A stretch of 64,000 nucleotides of DNA from a virus. Taxonomy: Duplodnaviria; Caudoviricetes. The DNA lies in IMG/VR virus record IMGVR_UViG_3300032227_000318, positions 46,482 to 110,481 of that record; one strand, written 5' to 3'. Below, one piece after another: positions 1 to 8,670 of this stretch. The translations under genes were made by a program, and so were the position numbers. Numbering within the stretch: the stretch's first letter is position 1; every line of letters begins with the position of its first letter. Below the pieces are notes generated by a model. That model did not search any database. It saw only the letters and a program-made list of their open reading frames with translations, and was not told where the DNA came from.

Positions 1-421
1 TGGAGATTACTTGCTTGACTTCTTCTTTCTTGGTGCTGACTTCTTCTTCGGTGCTGGCGACACTGGCGACACTGGCGCTGGATCCAGCGGCAAGGGCGCG
101 GATACGTTCGAGGTTTCGCTGTTCGATTTTGCTTGGGAGATTACCGCCCAGAAGTAGTATACGGCAATTCCAACCGCTAGTGCGGCAAGAATGAGGATTA
201 ATTCGATTGGCATTCTTGATTAGTTCCTTTTCTGTCTTGTGAAATTCCTTCAAGTATTCAATGATCCAGTCCTTAGCCTGATCCGAATCATAGAAATAGT
301 TATACCAGTTGTAGGCCTGAATGACCTGAGCATCTGTAACGTCACCGCGAAGGTCGGGTTCAGCGCCAAGATATTTCTCATCCGCAAACTTACCGCGAAT
401 TGCCTTTTGCTTCTTTGCCAT
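1..421 (-). CDS. Conserved T4-like phage hypothetical protein, runs off the window edge (MAKKQKAIRGKFADEKYLG...YNWYNYFY...)
   Basis: Manually translated open frame from ATG 421 with AGGA SD. No stop before position 1, so it is missing from the ORF track. Confidence 0.7.
   Translation of the reverse strand, partial: MAKKQKAIRGKFADEKYLGAEPDLRGDVTDAQVIQAYNWYNYFYDSDQAKDWIIEYLKEFHKTEKELIKNANRINPHSCRTSGWNCRILLLGGNLPSKIEQRNLERIRALAAGSSASVASVASTEEEVSTKKEEVKQVIS
7..213 (-). CDS. Possible nested small membrane protein
   Basis: N-terminal hydrophobic helix, Pro-rich linker and Lys-rich tail; lies in a different frame inside the 1-421 gene. Confidence 0.35.
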   Translation of the reverse strand: MPIELILILAALAVGIAVYYFWAVISQAKSNSETSNVSAPLPLDPAPVSPVSPAPKKKSAPRKKKSSK

Positions 422-428
422 AATGTTC

Positions 429-713
429 CTATAGCGAGTTAAAATTCCAATCTTTGAAGTTCGTAATCACACAGATACCGTCTTCAAGATAGTCATAAGT
501 ATAGCTGAGTTCTTCGGCATAGTCAAGGGCCTCTTCCAGAGTGGAAAACATCTTATCTGCATGGAAATAACTCGAAATCATTTCAGGGTCACCTTGCCAC
601 TGAAATGATTCGTCGGAAAAGTTTCCATAAATGTTGTCAATAGCCTGATGATATCCTACACGAAATTCTGGACCTTCGGTCTGTAGAATATAAATTCCAT
701 TATCGGCTGACAT
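429..713 (-). CDS. Hypothetical protein
   Basis: ORF tightly packed with neighbours. Confidence 0.6.
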   Translation of the reverse strand: MSADNGIYILQTEGPEFRVGYHQAIDNIYGNFSDESFQWQGDPEMISSYFHADKMFSTLEEALDYAEELSYTYDYLEDGICVITNFKDWNFNSL

Positions 714-988
714 TATTCAATCTCATACTCATCAAATCTCTTTTCTTGCATAGTCTTTTGTTTCCAATGTTTGCGAGGATTACCACACGCATAGCAAGAG
801 CAGGGCTTTCGCGTTTCGGCCATTCTCTTTTGATGCTGTTCCTTGTGTTCTTCACCTGAGAACCAATTCTTGTACCAAAAAAACTTCTTGACCTTGTTCA
901 GCATCCTATCATGATGATGACGGCGTTCAGCCCTGCTCTTAGCCATGTTACTTTCTCCTGTTGCGCGCCTTTCGCTTCTTTGAGCCAA
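713..988 (-). CDS. Hypothetical basic protein with CxCxxC motif
   Basis: PCSCYACGNPR; likely start at MAKSRAERR. Confidence 0.55.
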   Translation of the reverse strand: MAQRSERRATGESNMAKSRAERRHHHDRMLNKVKKFFWYKNWFSGEEHKEQHQKRMAETRKPCSCYACGNPRKHWKQKTMQEKRFDEYEIE

Positions 989-1033
989 TCTTACGGCGGC
1001 CCTTTCGCGGGCGATTCTTATGTGAATGTGGCA

Positions 1034-1309
1034 TTATACTCTATCTACTCCTATATATTGAACTTCGATCACTGAATTGACATTGAAAGACCGCCAACCC
1101 TTGTTGTCTAAATCCCAGACAGCAAGAACTTCATTATTCTGCTTTCTAGGAACATGAGCAACCTGTTCTTCACTTATGACCATAGGCAGATAATCGGCCA
1201 TTAGAGTGCAGTTCATCATTCGAACTGTACCATCACTCTTGTTGAAGACAACCTTAGCAACACACTTTGAAAGGTTCTCTTTCAGTTCAATCTTACTCAA
1301 CATTGCCAT
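1034..1309 (-). CDS. WYL_2/Sm-like SH3 barrel protein
   Basis: VVFNKSDGTVRMMNCTL...VWDLDNKGWRSF, typical of the T4-like family. Confidence 0.65.
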   Translation of the reverse strand: MAMLSKIELKENLSKCVAKVVFNKSDGTVRMMNCTLMADYLPMVISEEQVAHVPRKQNNEVLAVWDLDNKGWRSFNVNSVIEVQYIGVDRV

Positions 1310-1568
1310 ATACCCTCTGAAGTTCCATGAATTCGTCATAGTCATTCTTGGTCATGTAGTAGCCAAGAAGAACCTTCATAGCATCATGAACCTCAGCATT
1401 ACGCTTGAAGTCTTCAATCTCAAAGTCCTTCATATTGCCCATCTTGTGCTTCAACTCATGAAGTTCCTGACAGACAAATTCAAAGTCTTCCTTGAGAACC
1501 TGAGCAACAATATTGCCAGCATCTTCAAGATCAATTTCCATATTCCGCTTCACACTCACGTTATACAT
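1293..1568 (-). CDS. Hypothetical protein
   Basis: ORF in operon context. Confidence 0.55.
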   Translation of the reverse strand: MYNVSVKRNMEIDLEDAGNIVAQVLKEDFEFVCQELHELKHKMGNMKDFEIEDFKRNAEVHDAMKVLLGYYMTKNDYDEFMELQRVYGNVE

Positions 1569-1572
1569 TACT

Positions 1573-1833
1573 TTACCTTTCTGTTAGATTATGATTATCA
1601 CAATATTCAACAAAGTCTTCGTAACCACCAATGCGCTTATTATACACGAAAATCTGCGGCACTGTCAAGGGCAGATTTTCAGGCACAAGTTGTTTTAACT
1701 CGTCTCGCGTGTAGTCTACATCAAGTACCTTTTCATCATAATTGAGATGCAGCTTATTCATCAGTTCTTTAGCTTTGACACACCAAGGGCAGTTAGGCTT
1801 AGAATAGATTACGATGTTCATCGCCTTCTCCAA
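1573..1833 (-). CDS. nrdC: Glutaredoxin
   Basis: CPWC active site, TVPQIF, IGGY. Confidence 0.9.
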   Translation of the reverse strand: MEKAMNIVIYSKPNCPWCVKAKELMNKLHLNYDEKVLDVDYTRDELKQLVPENLPLTVPQIFVYNKRIGGYEDFVEYCDNHNLTER

Positions 1834-2015
1834 GTTTTGGTATCTTCAATCGCGTAGAAGAACATATAGATTACTCCAATAAAAACACTTGCAATAAAAG
1901 CAATTGCAACATATCCAAGAATTGAAGGCCACACTGTGGCTATCGCAAACAGAATGGCAATAATGCCAATCGTTATTGCGGTCTTAAACAAGGCTCTCTT
2001 AGTCACTTCGGTCAT
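1818..2015 (-). CDS. Small two-TM membrane protein
   Basis: Two hydrophobic segments. Confidence 0.55.
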   Translation of the reverse strand: MTEVTKRALFKTAITIGIIAILFAIATVWPSILGYVAIAFIASVFIGVIYMFFYAIEDTKTWRRR

Positions 2016-2719
2016 TAGTCAATCTCCACAATTAAAGGGATATAGTTTTGATACCACGGCTGTTCATTTGGATAGCCGCGAGGATTACACACAACTCTCG
2101 TATTGCCAATCATATAGTCACATCGTTCATGCGTGTGCCCATGCACGATAAGCTTCGGTGGCTTCTTCATTTCAAGAATCTGGTGCGACAGTTCAGTTGC
2201 AAAAAAGTCGTTACCACCAGATTCACGATACTTATCATGCACCGACTGAAAAGACGGCAGATGATGCACAACCCAGATATCAGCACCAGAATTAAATAGA
2301 AAATGCTTATGTGTTTCATGAGCATTCATGTATCTATCATAGTTCATACCCTTGATGTTGCGATAGTCCATCATATACTCTTTGAAGTCCCACCAACGAG
2401 TAGGTAAGATATCAGTCCAAAGAGTAGCACCAGCGATAGTGATTGTGCCACCATCAGGCTTTTCTAGAAAGAGTAGATCAGGAAAGTCCATATCAGCATT
2501 AAGAAATGTGCCGCCATAGTAGTCGTGATTACCTGGCACTGAAAAGAGTTTATCCTTGAACAGCGAATAGAAATAGTCGCGCGTCAACTTCTGCGGATGC
2601 GTATCACCTGCATTCAGATAGAATACATCAGGATCAGGCTGAAAGAACCACGGTTGAAATTCCATATGCAGGTCTGAAAAGATTCCAAACTTCACGGATC
2701 TAGTTCTTTCTCTTTCCAT
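2015..2719 (-). CDS. Calcineurin-like metallophosphoesterase
   Basis: SDLH, AGD, GNHD, HH and HGHTH motifs. Confidence 0.9.
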   Translation of the reverse strand: MERERTRSVKFGIFSDLHMEFQPWFFQPDPDVFYLNAGDTHPQKLTRDYFYSLFKDKLFSVPGNHDYYGGTFLNADMDFPDLLFLEKPDGGTITIAGATLWTDILPTRWWDFKEYMMDYRNIKGMNYDRYMNAHETHKHFLFNSGADIWVVHHLPSFQSVHDKYRESGGNDFFATELSHQILEMKKPPKLIVHGHTHERCDYMIGNTRVVCNPRGYPNEQPWYQNYIPLIVEID

Positions 2720-2870
2720 ACAATGGCTTCACTTATGACCGAGACATTATATCCACCGATCTTCTCAGCCCAAAGTATAGCAGCATTTGAGCTATCTGTA
2801 AAGACTTCGGATTGATACCAATAAACACCGATAGCATACCGAACAGTAAACTTTTTCATTTTATTCTCCA

Positions 2871-3359
2871 TTAGACATAAGCGGCACGAACCTCATCAAA
2901 ACCTTCTTCAATCGTCGGCTGTTGCAGAGAGGTTATCATCTGCTGAACAGCAAACTCAGGAATGGTCTTGCCAGGCCGAGAACCAAGCCGACGATATAGC
3001 TCTCCAGTTTCAGGAGTAGGAAAGAAGATTGCAATCTTGCGGTAAGTATTAGGCACCGCAGCAAGCTTCTGTGCGCGCGACTTCTTGTTAAGATTGGTCT
3101 GATCCCAAATGATGTTATAACCATACATGATAACATCCTTGATATGCGTCATCATGGCCTTATTAGCATAGTCAATGTTATCTTGGAACATATCATCATA
3201 AGTTGCTTGACGCATGGACGCATAGATTTCAATCAAGCGATCCGTAGATGCAACATAATGACCAGTCAGATCAGGAAAGTTTTGAGCGATCCAAGTAGAC
3301 TTGCCGGAGCCAGGGACTCCGACAAGCATATATAGCATAGGATTAGACATAATTAGCAT
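2871..3359 (-). CDS. P-loop kinase, AAA_33/polynucleotide-kinase-like
   Basis: GVPGSGKST, DQTNL...R. Confidence 0.85.
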   Translation of the reverse strand: MLIMSNPMLYMLVGVPGSGKSTWIAQNFPDLTGHYVASTDRLIEIYASMRQATYDDMFQDNIDYANKAMMTHIKDVIMYGYNIIWDQTNLNKKSRAQKLAAVPNTYRKIAIFFPTPETGELYRRLGSRPGKTIPEFAVQQMITSLQQPTIEEGFDEVRAAYV

Positions 3360-3454
3360 CCTTCAGAAAAGCTTCCTTGATCTTTGTATAAGAAGCATTA
3401 GATCCACAGTTCTTGAGTATCATAGCAACAACCGCTTAATAAGTCAAGCGTTCA

Positions 3455-3817
3455 TCACACTTTTCTCCCTAGTGTTTCAACATCAGCACCATCAGTGATG
3501 TACTGATAGCCGGTTTTATTGGCCACAGGTGCTAGACGGTTCTTCTTCTTCTCAATCTCTCTAATGGTAGCAACAGATTCCTCGCGGTCGCGCTTCCATT
3601 TGTAGTCCTCAACAGACCGCTTGAAGCCATTGCCGACCGAGTTAGACAGTGGCGCCAACTCCCTCTTCGGCAATGGCTCAGGCATATTGATAGGCCGTTC
3701 TTTAGACGAATCTTTAAGAATGGACTTGAAATACGTTTTACGTTCCTCACGAAGACGCAGTGTCTTAGCTGATGGCTTTTTACGGTCAGAAGATGTTTTA
3801 GTGTATACAAGTGCCAT
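3455..3817 (-). CDS. Hypothetical basic protein
   Basis: ORF in operon context. Confidence 0.55.
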   Translation of the reverse strand: MALVYTKTSSDRKKPSAKTLRLREERKTYFKSILKDSSKERPINMPEPLPKRELAPLSNSVGNGFKRSVEDYKWKRDREESVATIREIEKKKNRLAPVANKTGYQYITDGADVETLGRKV

Positions 3818-4005
3818 CAGTCAACCCAACCTTCCGAATATTCTTCGCGCTTATTACTATGATACTCATGGAGCCCGTCAAGGAACGAGTTGATATCGTC
3901 CAACGGAATGCTCATTATATGCTTTTTCTCAGCCACAGTCAAGATGTAATCAGCAACGAGTTGAGGAATCTCAGCATAGGTCTGGTAGTGCTTACGCATA
4001 ATCAA
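3817..4005 (-). CDS. Hypothetical protein
   Basis: ORF overlapping neighbours. Confidence 0.45.
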   Translation of the reverse strand: MIMRKHYQTYAEIPQLVADYILTVAEKKHIMSIPLDDINSFLDGLHEYHSNKREEYSEGWVD

Positions 4006-4105
4006 TCTTCTTGTGCTTAATCTTACGGGTGTAGGCCTTCTTGCTCTTGACGGTTTGTTGTCGGTACTTGGGAGACCACAGAACCTTTGCTATGTGATTA
4101 CGCAT
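3992..4105 (-). CDS. 37-aa basic peptide, ArfA-like (MRNHIAKVLWSPKYRQQTVKSKKAYTRKIKHKKIDYA)
   Basis: Manual translation; fills the intergenic gap; KK.Y.RK.KH pattern. Confidence 0.5.
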   Translation of the reverse strand: MRNHIAKVLWSPKYRQQTVKSKKAYTRKIKHKKIDYA

Positions 4106-4508
4106 CTTCCAGTTCCTCTAGTAGCTGCTTTGCAGCAGGAGCCAATACATGTTCAAGATGATAGGGCAGGCCGTTGATGTAGCACAGATACCCAACATCA
4201 CGCAAGTCATACGCTTCAGGTTTGAGCGATACGACATAGTGATAGATTGCACGATCCTCATCACAATCCATGAGGTTCTGAATCAGAGCGATCTTCTCTT
4301 CAAAGACCTTGATCTTGCGTTCCTCTTCATCACGTTCATGCTTAAGAGTCTCTTCAGCCCACTTAGAGTATGATTCGGCAATAGACTGCGCCTCAGCATC
4401 GGAACAATCCGCATCATAGAAGCGATGGGCGCGCGGGCGCATACCAGTGACAGTCTTGTAGTCTTCCCAGAACACTTCACCAGCAACCTTACGATCAAAC
4501 TTCAGCAT
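4098..4508 (-). CDS. Hypothetical protein
   Basis: GAGG SD before MLKFDRK. Confidence 0.6.
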   Translation of the reverse strand: MLKFDRKVAGEVFWEDYKTVTGMRPRAHRFYDADCSDAEAQSIAESYSKWAEETLKHERDEEERKIKVFEEKIALIQNLMDCDEDRAIYHYVVSLKPEAYDLRDVGYLCYINGLPYHLEHVLAPAAKQLLEELEDA

Positions 4509-4557
4509 GATTTCCTCATTGATTGTTAGAGTATTGTAGCAGATAGTCGCGGCCGCG

Positions 4558-4824
4558 TCAAGCCGCTTCAACCTCTTCTTCCACGCGATGGTGTTCAGCC
4601 AGCTCTTCCCAGTCAACCTCGCGCAGGGCCGCGTTCATAATATCAGCGGCAAAGCCATACTGCGGCAGGGCGCCGTCAGATTCTAGCATCTCTTCAACGA
4701 AGGACTGGATATATTCAGCATCAATTACATTGCCGTCATTCTGCATGTCGGTAAAAACATCACCATACCAGAGATTGACGAGCCAGGTTTCGTAGTTAGA
4801 CCAGCCGTTATAACCGTTAGACAT
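4558..4824 (-). CDS. Conserved phage protein (YNGWSNYETW family)
   Basis: Recurrent phage N-terminal motif. Confidence 0.65.
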   Translation of the reverse strand: MSNGYNGWSNYETWLVNLWYGDVFTDMQNDGNVIDAEYIQSFVEEMLESDGALPQYGFAADIMNAALREVDWEELAEHHRVEEEVEAA

Positions 4825-4945
4825 TATTGCTTCTCCATGAGAATTTTGACAATTTGATGGGACGGCTTACCTGCAATTCGTGCAAGTTGAGCCACAGTCA
4901 TGTTCGGCTTAGAGTCGAACAAGTCTCGGATTTCTTGTTTTGTCA

Positions 4946-5254
4946 TTACATGCTCCAGTAAGATTCAGACGAGGGCGAACAGTAGTTCGGCGTATTGATA
5001 CGCTCAAAGAACGGCTTCCCGCTCATGAGGTTGGTACGCTGGACAATCTGTTCAATGTTATCGTGGAAGTTTTGTTCGTCAGTCACAGCCAGCTGGTCGG
5101 CGGTGTACTTCCCAGACTTGATCAGGCGCGACATGTGAGACTTGGCCGCAGCGATGGAGTCAAAGATGGGTGCGTCATACTTGGCCTTTTTTCCAGCATA
5201 GCGGGTGGTGGCAATCTCAAAAACGACGAAGGTCATGGTGTCTCTCTTTCTCAT
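4946..5254 (-). CDS. Hypothetical early protein
   Basis: Directly behind the promoter at 5252-5326; C-terminal TPNYCSPSSESYWSM. Confidence 0.6.
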   Translation of the reverse strand: MRKRDTMTFVVFEIATTRYAGKKAKYDAPIFDSIAAAKSHMSRLIKSGKYTADQLAVTDEQNFHDNIEQIVQRTNLMSGKPFFERINTPNYCSPSSESYWSM

Positions 5255-5326
5255 ATACTGGATATAGTGATTGCAAGTCTGATTTTCAATGTCTAAGGAC
5301 GCTGGACTGCTATGCGTCCATCGCAT
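5252..5326 (-). promoter_or_regulatory. Sigma70-type promoter TTGAAA-N16-CTATAT with upstream ATGCG-N5-CGCAT palindrome
   Basis: Near-identical element recurs at 5651, 35321 and 38489, with a variant at 38390. Confidence 0.7.
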
Positions 5327-5570
5327 TGCTACCGTACTTGCGTTCAATATACTTTCTCATTATCTGCAAACCTTTCTCAACGTAAGTATATGCAACCTGT
5401 CTACTGACGTTAAGTTCCTTGGCAATCTCAATATATGTTAACCCATTGAAATGTCTCATATAAACCGCGCGGGCAAGGGGATGGCCACTAAGTCTTTGAT
5501 TTCCTCTGTTCTTTTTGTTCCAAAGAACGGCCAGAGCATCAAGCATCAGGTCACGGTTGTTCATAATCAT
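5310..5570 (-). CDS. HTH protein, sigma-70 region 4-like
   Basis: GLTYIEIAKELNVSRQVAYTYVEKGL. Confidence 0.7.
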   Translation of the reverse strand: MIMNNRDLMLDALAVLWNKKNRGNQRLSGHPLARAVYMRHFNGLTYIEIAKELNVSRQVAYTYVEKGLQIMRKYIERKYGSNAMDA

Positions 5571-5653
5571 TAAGACACCTTATAGTTGTAACGGGGAAGG
5601 GGGCCGATGAAGAATCGGTAGAGGGCGCGGAGGAAGGGGATCTTGGTCATCAT
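5570..5653 (-). CDS. 27-aa probable leaderless ORF (MMTKIPFLRALYRFFIGPLPRYNYKVS)
   Basis: ATG 7 nt after the -10 box; stop overlaps the next start (TAATG). Confidence 0.4.
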   Translation of the reverse strand: MMTKIPFLRALYRFFIGPLPRYNYKVS

Positions 5654-5775
5654 ATACTGGATATAGTGATGCAACCCTCTGGTTTCAACTGAGGAAATAG
5701 AATACCAGCCATACGCAAGGCGCATAGCTGGCTAAATTGTTGATTTTATTGAGATTTTGCTAAGTGCTTGATTTT
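5651..5775 (-). promoter_or_regulatory. Promoter, palindromic operator and two IHF-like sites
   Basis: TTGAAA-N16-CTATAT; ATACG-N5-CGCAT; AATCAAcaatTTA and AATCAAgcacTTA match WATCAANNNNTTR. Confidence 0.6.
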
Positions 5776-5776
5776 G

Positions 5777-5956
5777 TTAGCTTTTCAGTGCAATGATATA
5801 TTGACGAACAAATGCATCGTCCAGTTGCACTCCCATTCTCTTCAACTGGAGGTATTCTTTTGCATATTCTACACGGAACATGCGAACCAATCCAGTTTCA
5901 GTTTCATTAGAAAAACCACGTATAACATTATGCAATATTCTTTCCCATGCAGTCAT
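5777..5956 (-). CDS. 59-aa hypothetical protein (MTAWERILHNVIRG...)
   Basis: Manual translation, GAGGAG SD; below the ORF-track cutoff. Confidence 0.55.
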   Translation of the reverse strand: MTAWERILHNVIRGFSNETETGLVRMFRVEYAKEYLQLKRMGVQLDDAFVRQYIIALKS

Positions 5957-6041
5957 GGTAGGTAACTCCTCTTAATCGTCTTGTGATACACTGGTATATA
6001 TGTATTTCGCAATTGCGAGATAAGATGACGGAGTGTCGCAG

Positions 6042-6449
6042 TTATTCTTTTATGTGCGAACGGTGAACTTTCACCATTATCCAGTCATTGTAGAACCCAT
6101 CAGATTCCAAAACGTTCTCGTTCATCTGATGCCAAGCTTCCCAGTAGTTCGCTGTACCTTTAGACTTGCAGAGTTTCAATATTTCTCTCTTGAATCTATC
6201 TCGTCCCAGTTTCTCAACGTCTCCAAGAAGTGTGAGGTTCGAACCAAAGTATTCGCGCCAGTCACTTTCACTTTTGACTTTTTTCTTTCGCGTTTGGCCT
6301 TTAACTTTTTTGCTTCGGACTTTCGTGAAGTTTTTTTTACCAATATATTGTTTTCCATTTTCTAGATTGGTGATGCGATACACAAAAGACACATAGCCCT
6401 CAATATCGTCATCACCAATTTCTTTGTCGTTATATAGCCACATGAACAT
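6042..6449 (-). CDS. denA: GIY-YIG nuclease, endonuclease II-like
   Basis: FVYRITN...YIGKKNF...YFGS; next to the RNR gene as in T4-like phages. Confidence 0.7.
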   Translation of the reverse strand: MFMWLYNDKEIGDDDIEGYVSFVYRITNLENGKQYIGKKNFTKVRSKKVKGQTRKKKVKSESDWREYFGSNLTLLGDVEKLGRDRFKREILKLCKSKGTANYWEAWHQMNENVLESDGFYNDWIMVKVHRSHIKE

Positions 6450-6509
6450 ACCCTTTTAGAGTATGTATGTTACTTTCCGCGATTAGGATATCATTGTCCT
6501 GCTACATAG

Positions 6510-6671
6510 TCATTCATTTTCTTCTTCCACTTCTACTTCATCTTCATCAAAACATTCCTCACCGCAGAAGGAGCAAAAACGAACTTTACCTTGAGTCGCC
6601 TCATAATCATACAAAACTTTATATTGTGATTCACAATAGTTACAAATTACTTTTTCTACTTCTTTGGTCAT
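6510..6671 (-). CDS. Small zinc-ribbon protein
   Basis: CNYC...CSFC with acidic tail (manual translation). Confidence 0.55.
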   Translation of the reverse strand: MTKEVEKVICNYCESQYKVLYDYEATQGKVRFCSFCGEECFDEDEVEVEEENE

Positions 6672-6685
6672 ATTTTATCCTTTAG

Positions 6686-6714
6686 AAAAACTGACAGGGC
6701 ATTACCCCTGTCAG
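6686..6714 (-). terminator. Intrinsic terminator after nrdJ
   Basis: CTGACAGGG/CCCTGTCAG stem followed by T5. Confidence 0.75.
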
Positions 6715-6726
6715 TATATAGCGCAA

Positions 6727-8649
6727 TCATATCTCGCATCCTCCAACGACACACGCGAGTTCTTGAGAACCAGTGGTGTTATCACGCTTCTCATACTTAG
6801 CTAACATTGTCCAGTCAATGTTCTTCGGCATCTTAGCTGCAAGTGCTTCATATTCTTCCTTCGTGCAGTCTTGATAAGGAGCCTGCTGATAAACGTGATC
6901 GGAAAACGGCAAGAATGAAACGCCAGACATTTCATCAAAGTGATTGTAGACCCATGCACCAACTTCTGGCCACTCATCTTCCTTCACTGAGATAGTAACA
7001 GAAGGCTTATGCTCACAGAAATGACGCTGATACATCAACCACAATTCAAGCTGTTCAATAGCGGTCATATCAGTGCGGAACACAGCATTGTCAGGAGACT
7101 TCTGCGGGAATGAGAACACATAGGTATGCTCTGGCTTCATCACATCGTCTTCACATGGGAAACCCATCTCCTTCATCATTACTGCAAGGGGGTCTTTCTT
7201 GTCAGCACGAACAGTTCTAATATAATAAGGGCTATGGCGGGCATGAATGCCAGAAGCAGAGTCGACCAACTGAGAGACGGTCCCAGAAGGCTTGACACAA
7301 GTAATAGCAGCAGAAACAGGAATACCAAGTTTTGCAGCCCAAGTCTTATTAGTTCTAACGGCTTCATTGCGAAGTTCCTCCAATAGATCAGGTAATTCAA
7401 TCTCAATAGTCTTACCATTAGTATATTCATTGTCCATAATACCAGTCAGAGATACACCAAGCAAACGCTCTTCGGCACAGTTTTCTTTCCACTTCTTACT
7501 CAGGTATTTGAAGTTGGTAAGTGTGGATTGGAATGTACCAAGTATAGTTGCGAGTTTGACCTTGCGCTTGAGTGATTCCGGTGTATCATCTCCTCTGACG
7601 ACCACCTCTGTAAGATTACAGAACTCGCGTGAACGGAGAATGATTTCAGAACATGGGTTGGTGCCGAAATCGTGTTCAGGATCACGGCGTCCGAACTTCT
7701 CAGCCTGCTTCTTAGACGCAGTTCTACTAAAAATGCCGCGTTCGCCAGAGCGTGACTCATAGAGGGAAAGCCACTCACGCATGAAAAGGCCCACATCAGG
7801 CTTCTCTTTAGCAACGAAAGAGTTGTTAGCAAGAGCGCGTTGGACATTTTCTTTCCACCAGTCACCAGACTTTGCAACGCGCATTCTATCATCACTAAGG
7901 TCAGAAAGAGAAATAAGCGCGGATCTACGAACGCCGCCGACAACCACAATCTCAGCGATCTTACAAACGATGTCATGTGCCTCCAATGTAGTTAAACGAC
8001 GACCAGCAGCCTTCTTGAATGTTGCAACCACGAACTTGAATAGATCAGTTAGAGGTTGCGGCCCAGAAGCACGGCCACCAAATGTCTTGAGTGGTGCGCC
8101 AGCAGGACGAACCTTTGAAACGTCCCACTTAGGAATTTGACCAGCATACAGAAGATGCACTAGTTCTTTAAAGGCCTTTGCCCAACCAAGCTTTGAGTCT
8201 GCAACCTGAATAGTTGTTTCTGTTGTGAACATTTCATCAGGAACAATAGGCAATTGCTCTACATATTTTGATTCAACAGAGAAACCAACACCAGTACCAT
8301 TCATAAGAATGTAAAGAATTTCATCAAATGAACGTGGGCTGTCAACAGCAACATACGAACAGTTATAGCCAGCAACGTTCTCACGCTTGAGTGCTTCACC
8401 AGCAGTCATCAAGCAACGCATTGACGGCATGATTTCAAGATTAAGAACAGCATCTTCTAGCTGCTTACGCTCTTCAGTGGTGATAGTATATCCAGTAATT
8501 TCTTTGACATGCTCATCAAAGAAATTGAAATAACGGGCGACTGTTTCGTCCCAGTTCTCTCTACGATTTTCATCCCACAGCCAACGGGCATAACGAGACT
8601 TATGAATGAACTCTTGATACAGAGACGGTAACATATTACTGCCTGACAT
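6727..8649 (-). CDS. nrdJ: Class II (adenosylcobalamin-dependent) ribonucleotide reductase
   Basis: YNC, GGVRRSA, TNPCSEI, FCNLTE, TCVKPSGT, C-terminal CxxxxC; no nrdB adjacent. Confidence 0.9.
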   Translation of the reverse strand: MSGSNMLPSLYQEFIHKSRYARWLWDENRRENWDETVARYFNFFDEHVKEITGYTITTEERKQLEDAVLNLEIMPSMRCLMTAGEALKRENVAGYNCSYVAVDSPRSFDEILYILMNGTGVGFSVESKYVEQLPIVPDEMFTTETTIQVADSKLGWAKAFKELVHLLYAGQIPKWDVSKVRPAGAPLKTFGGRASGPQPLTDLFKFVVATFKKAAGRRLTTLEAHDIVCKIAEIVVVGGVRRSALISLSDLSDDRMRVAKSGDWWKENVQRALANNSFVAKEKPDVGLFMREWLSLYESRSGERGIFSRTASKKQAEKFGRRDPEHDFGTNPCSEIILRSREFCNLTEVVVRGDDTPESLKRKVKLATILGTFQSTLTNFKYLSKKWKENCAEERLLGVSLTGIMDNEYTNGKTIEIELPDLLEELRNEAVRTNKTWAAKLGIPVSAAITCVKPSGTVSQLVDSASGIHARHSPYYIRTVRADKKDPLAVMMKEMGFPCEDDVMKPEHTYVFSFPQKSPDNAVFRTDMTAIEQLELWLMYQRHFCEHKPSVTISVKEDEWPEVGAWVYNHFDEMSGVSFLPFSDHVYQQAPYQDCTKEEYEALAAKMPKNIDWTMLAKYEKRDNTTGSQELACVVGGCEI

Positions 8650-8670
8650 ACGAATACTCCTAAATTGTTT

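Noticed and set aside
5777-5956. Suspected frameshifted pseudogene
   Set aside because: On recount the frame is intact (59 aa) and merely below the ORF cutoff
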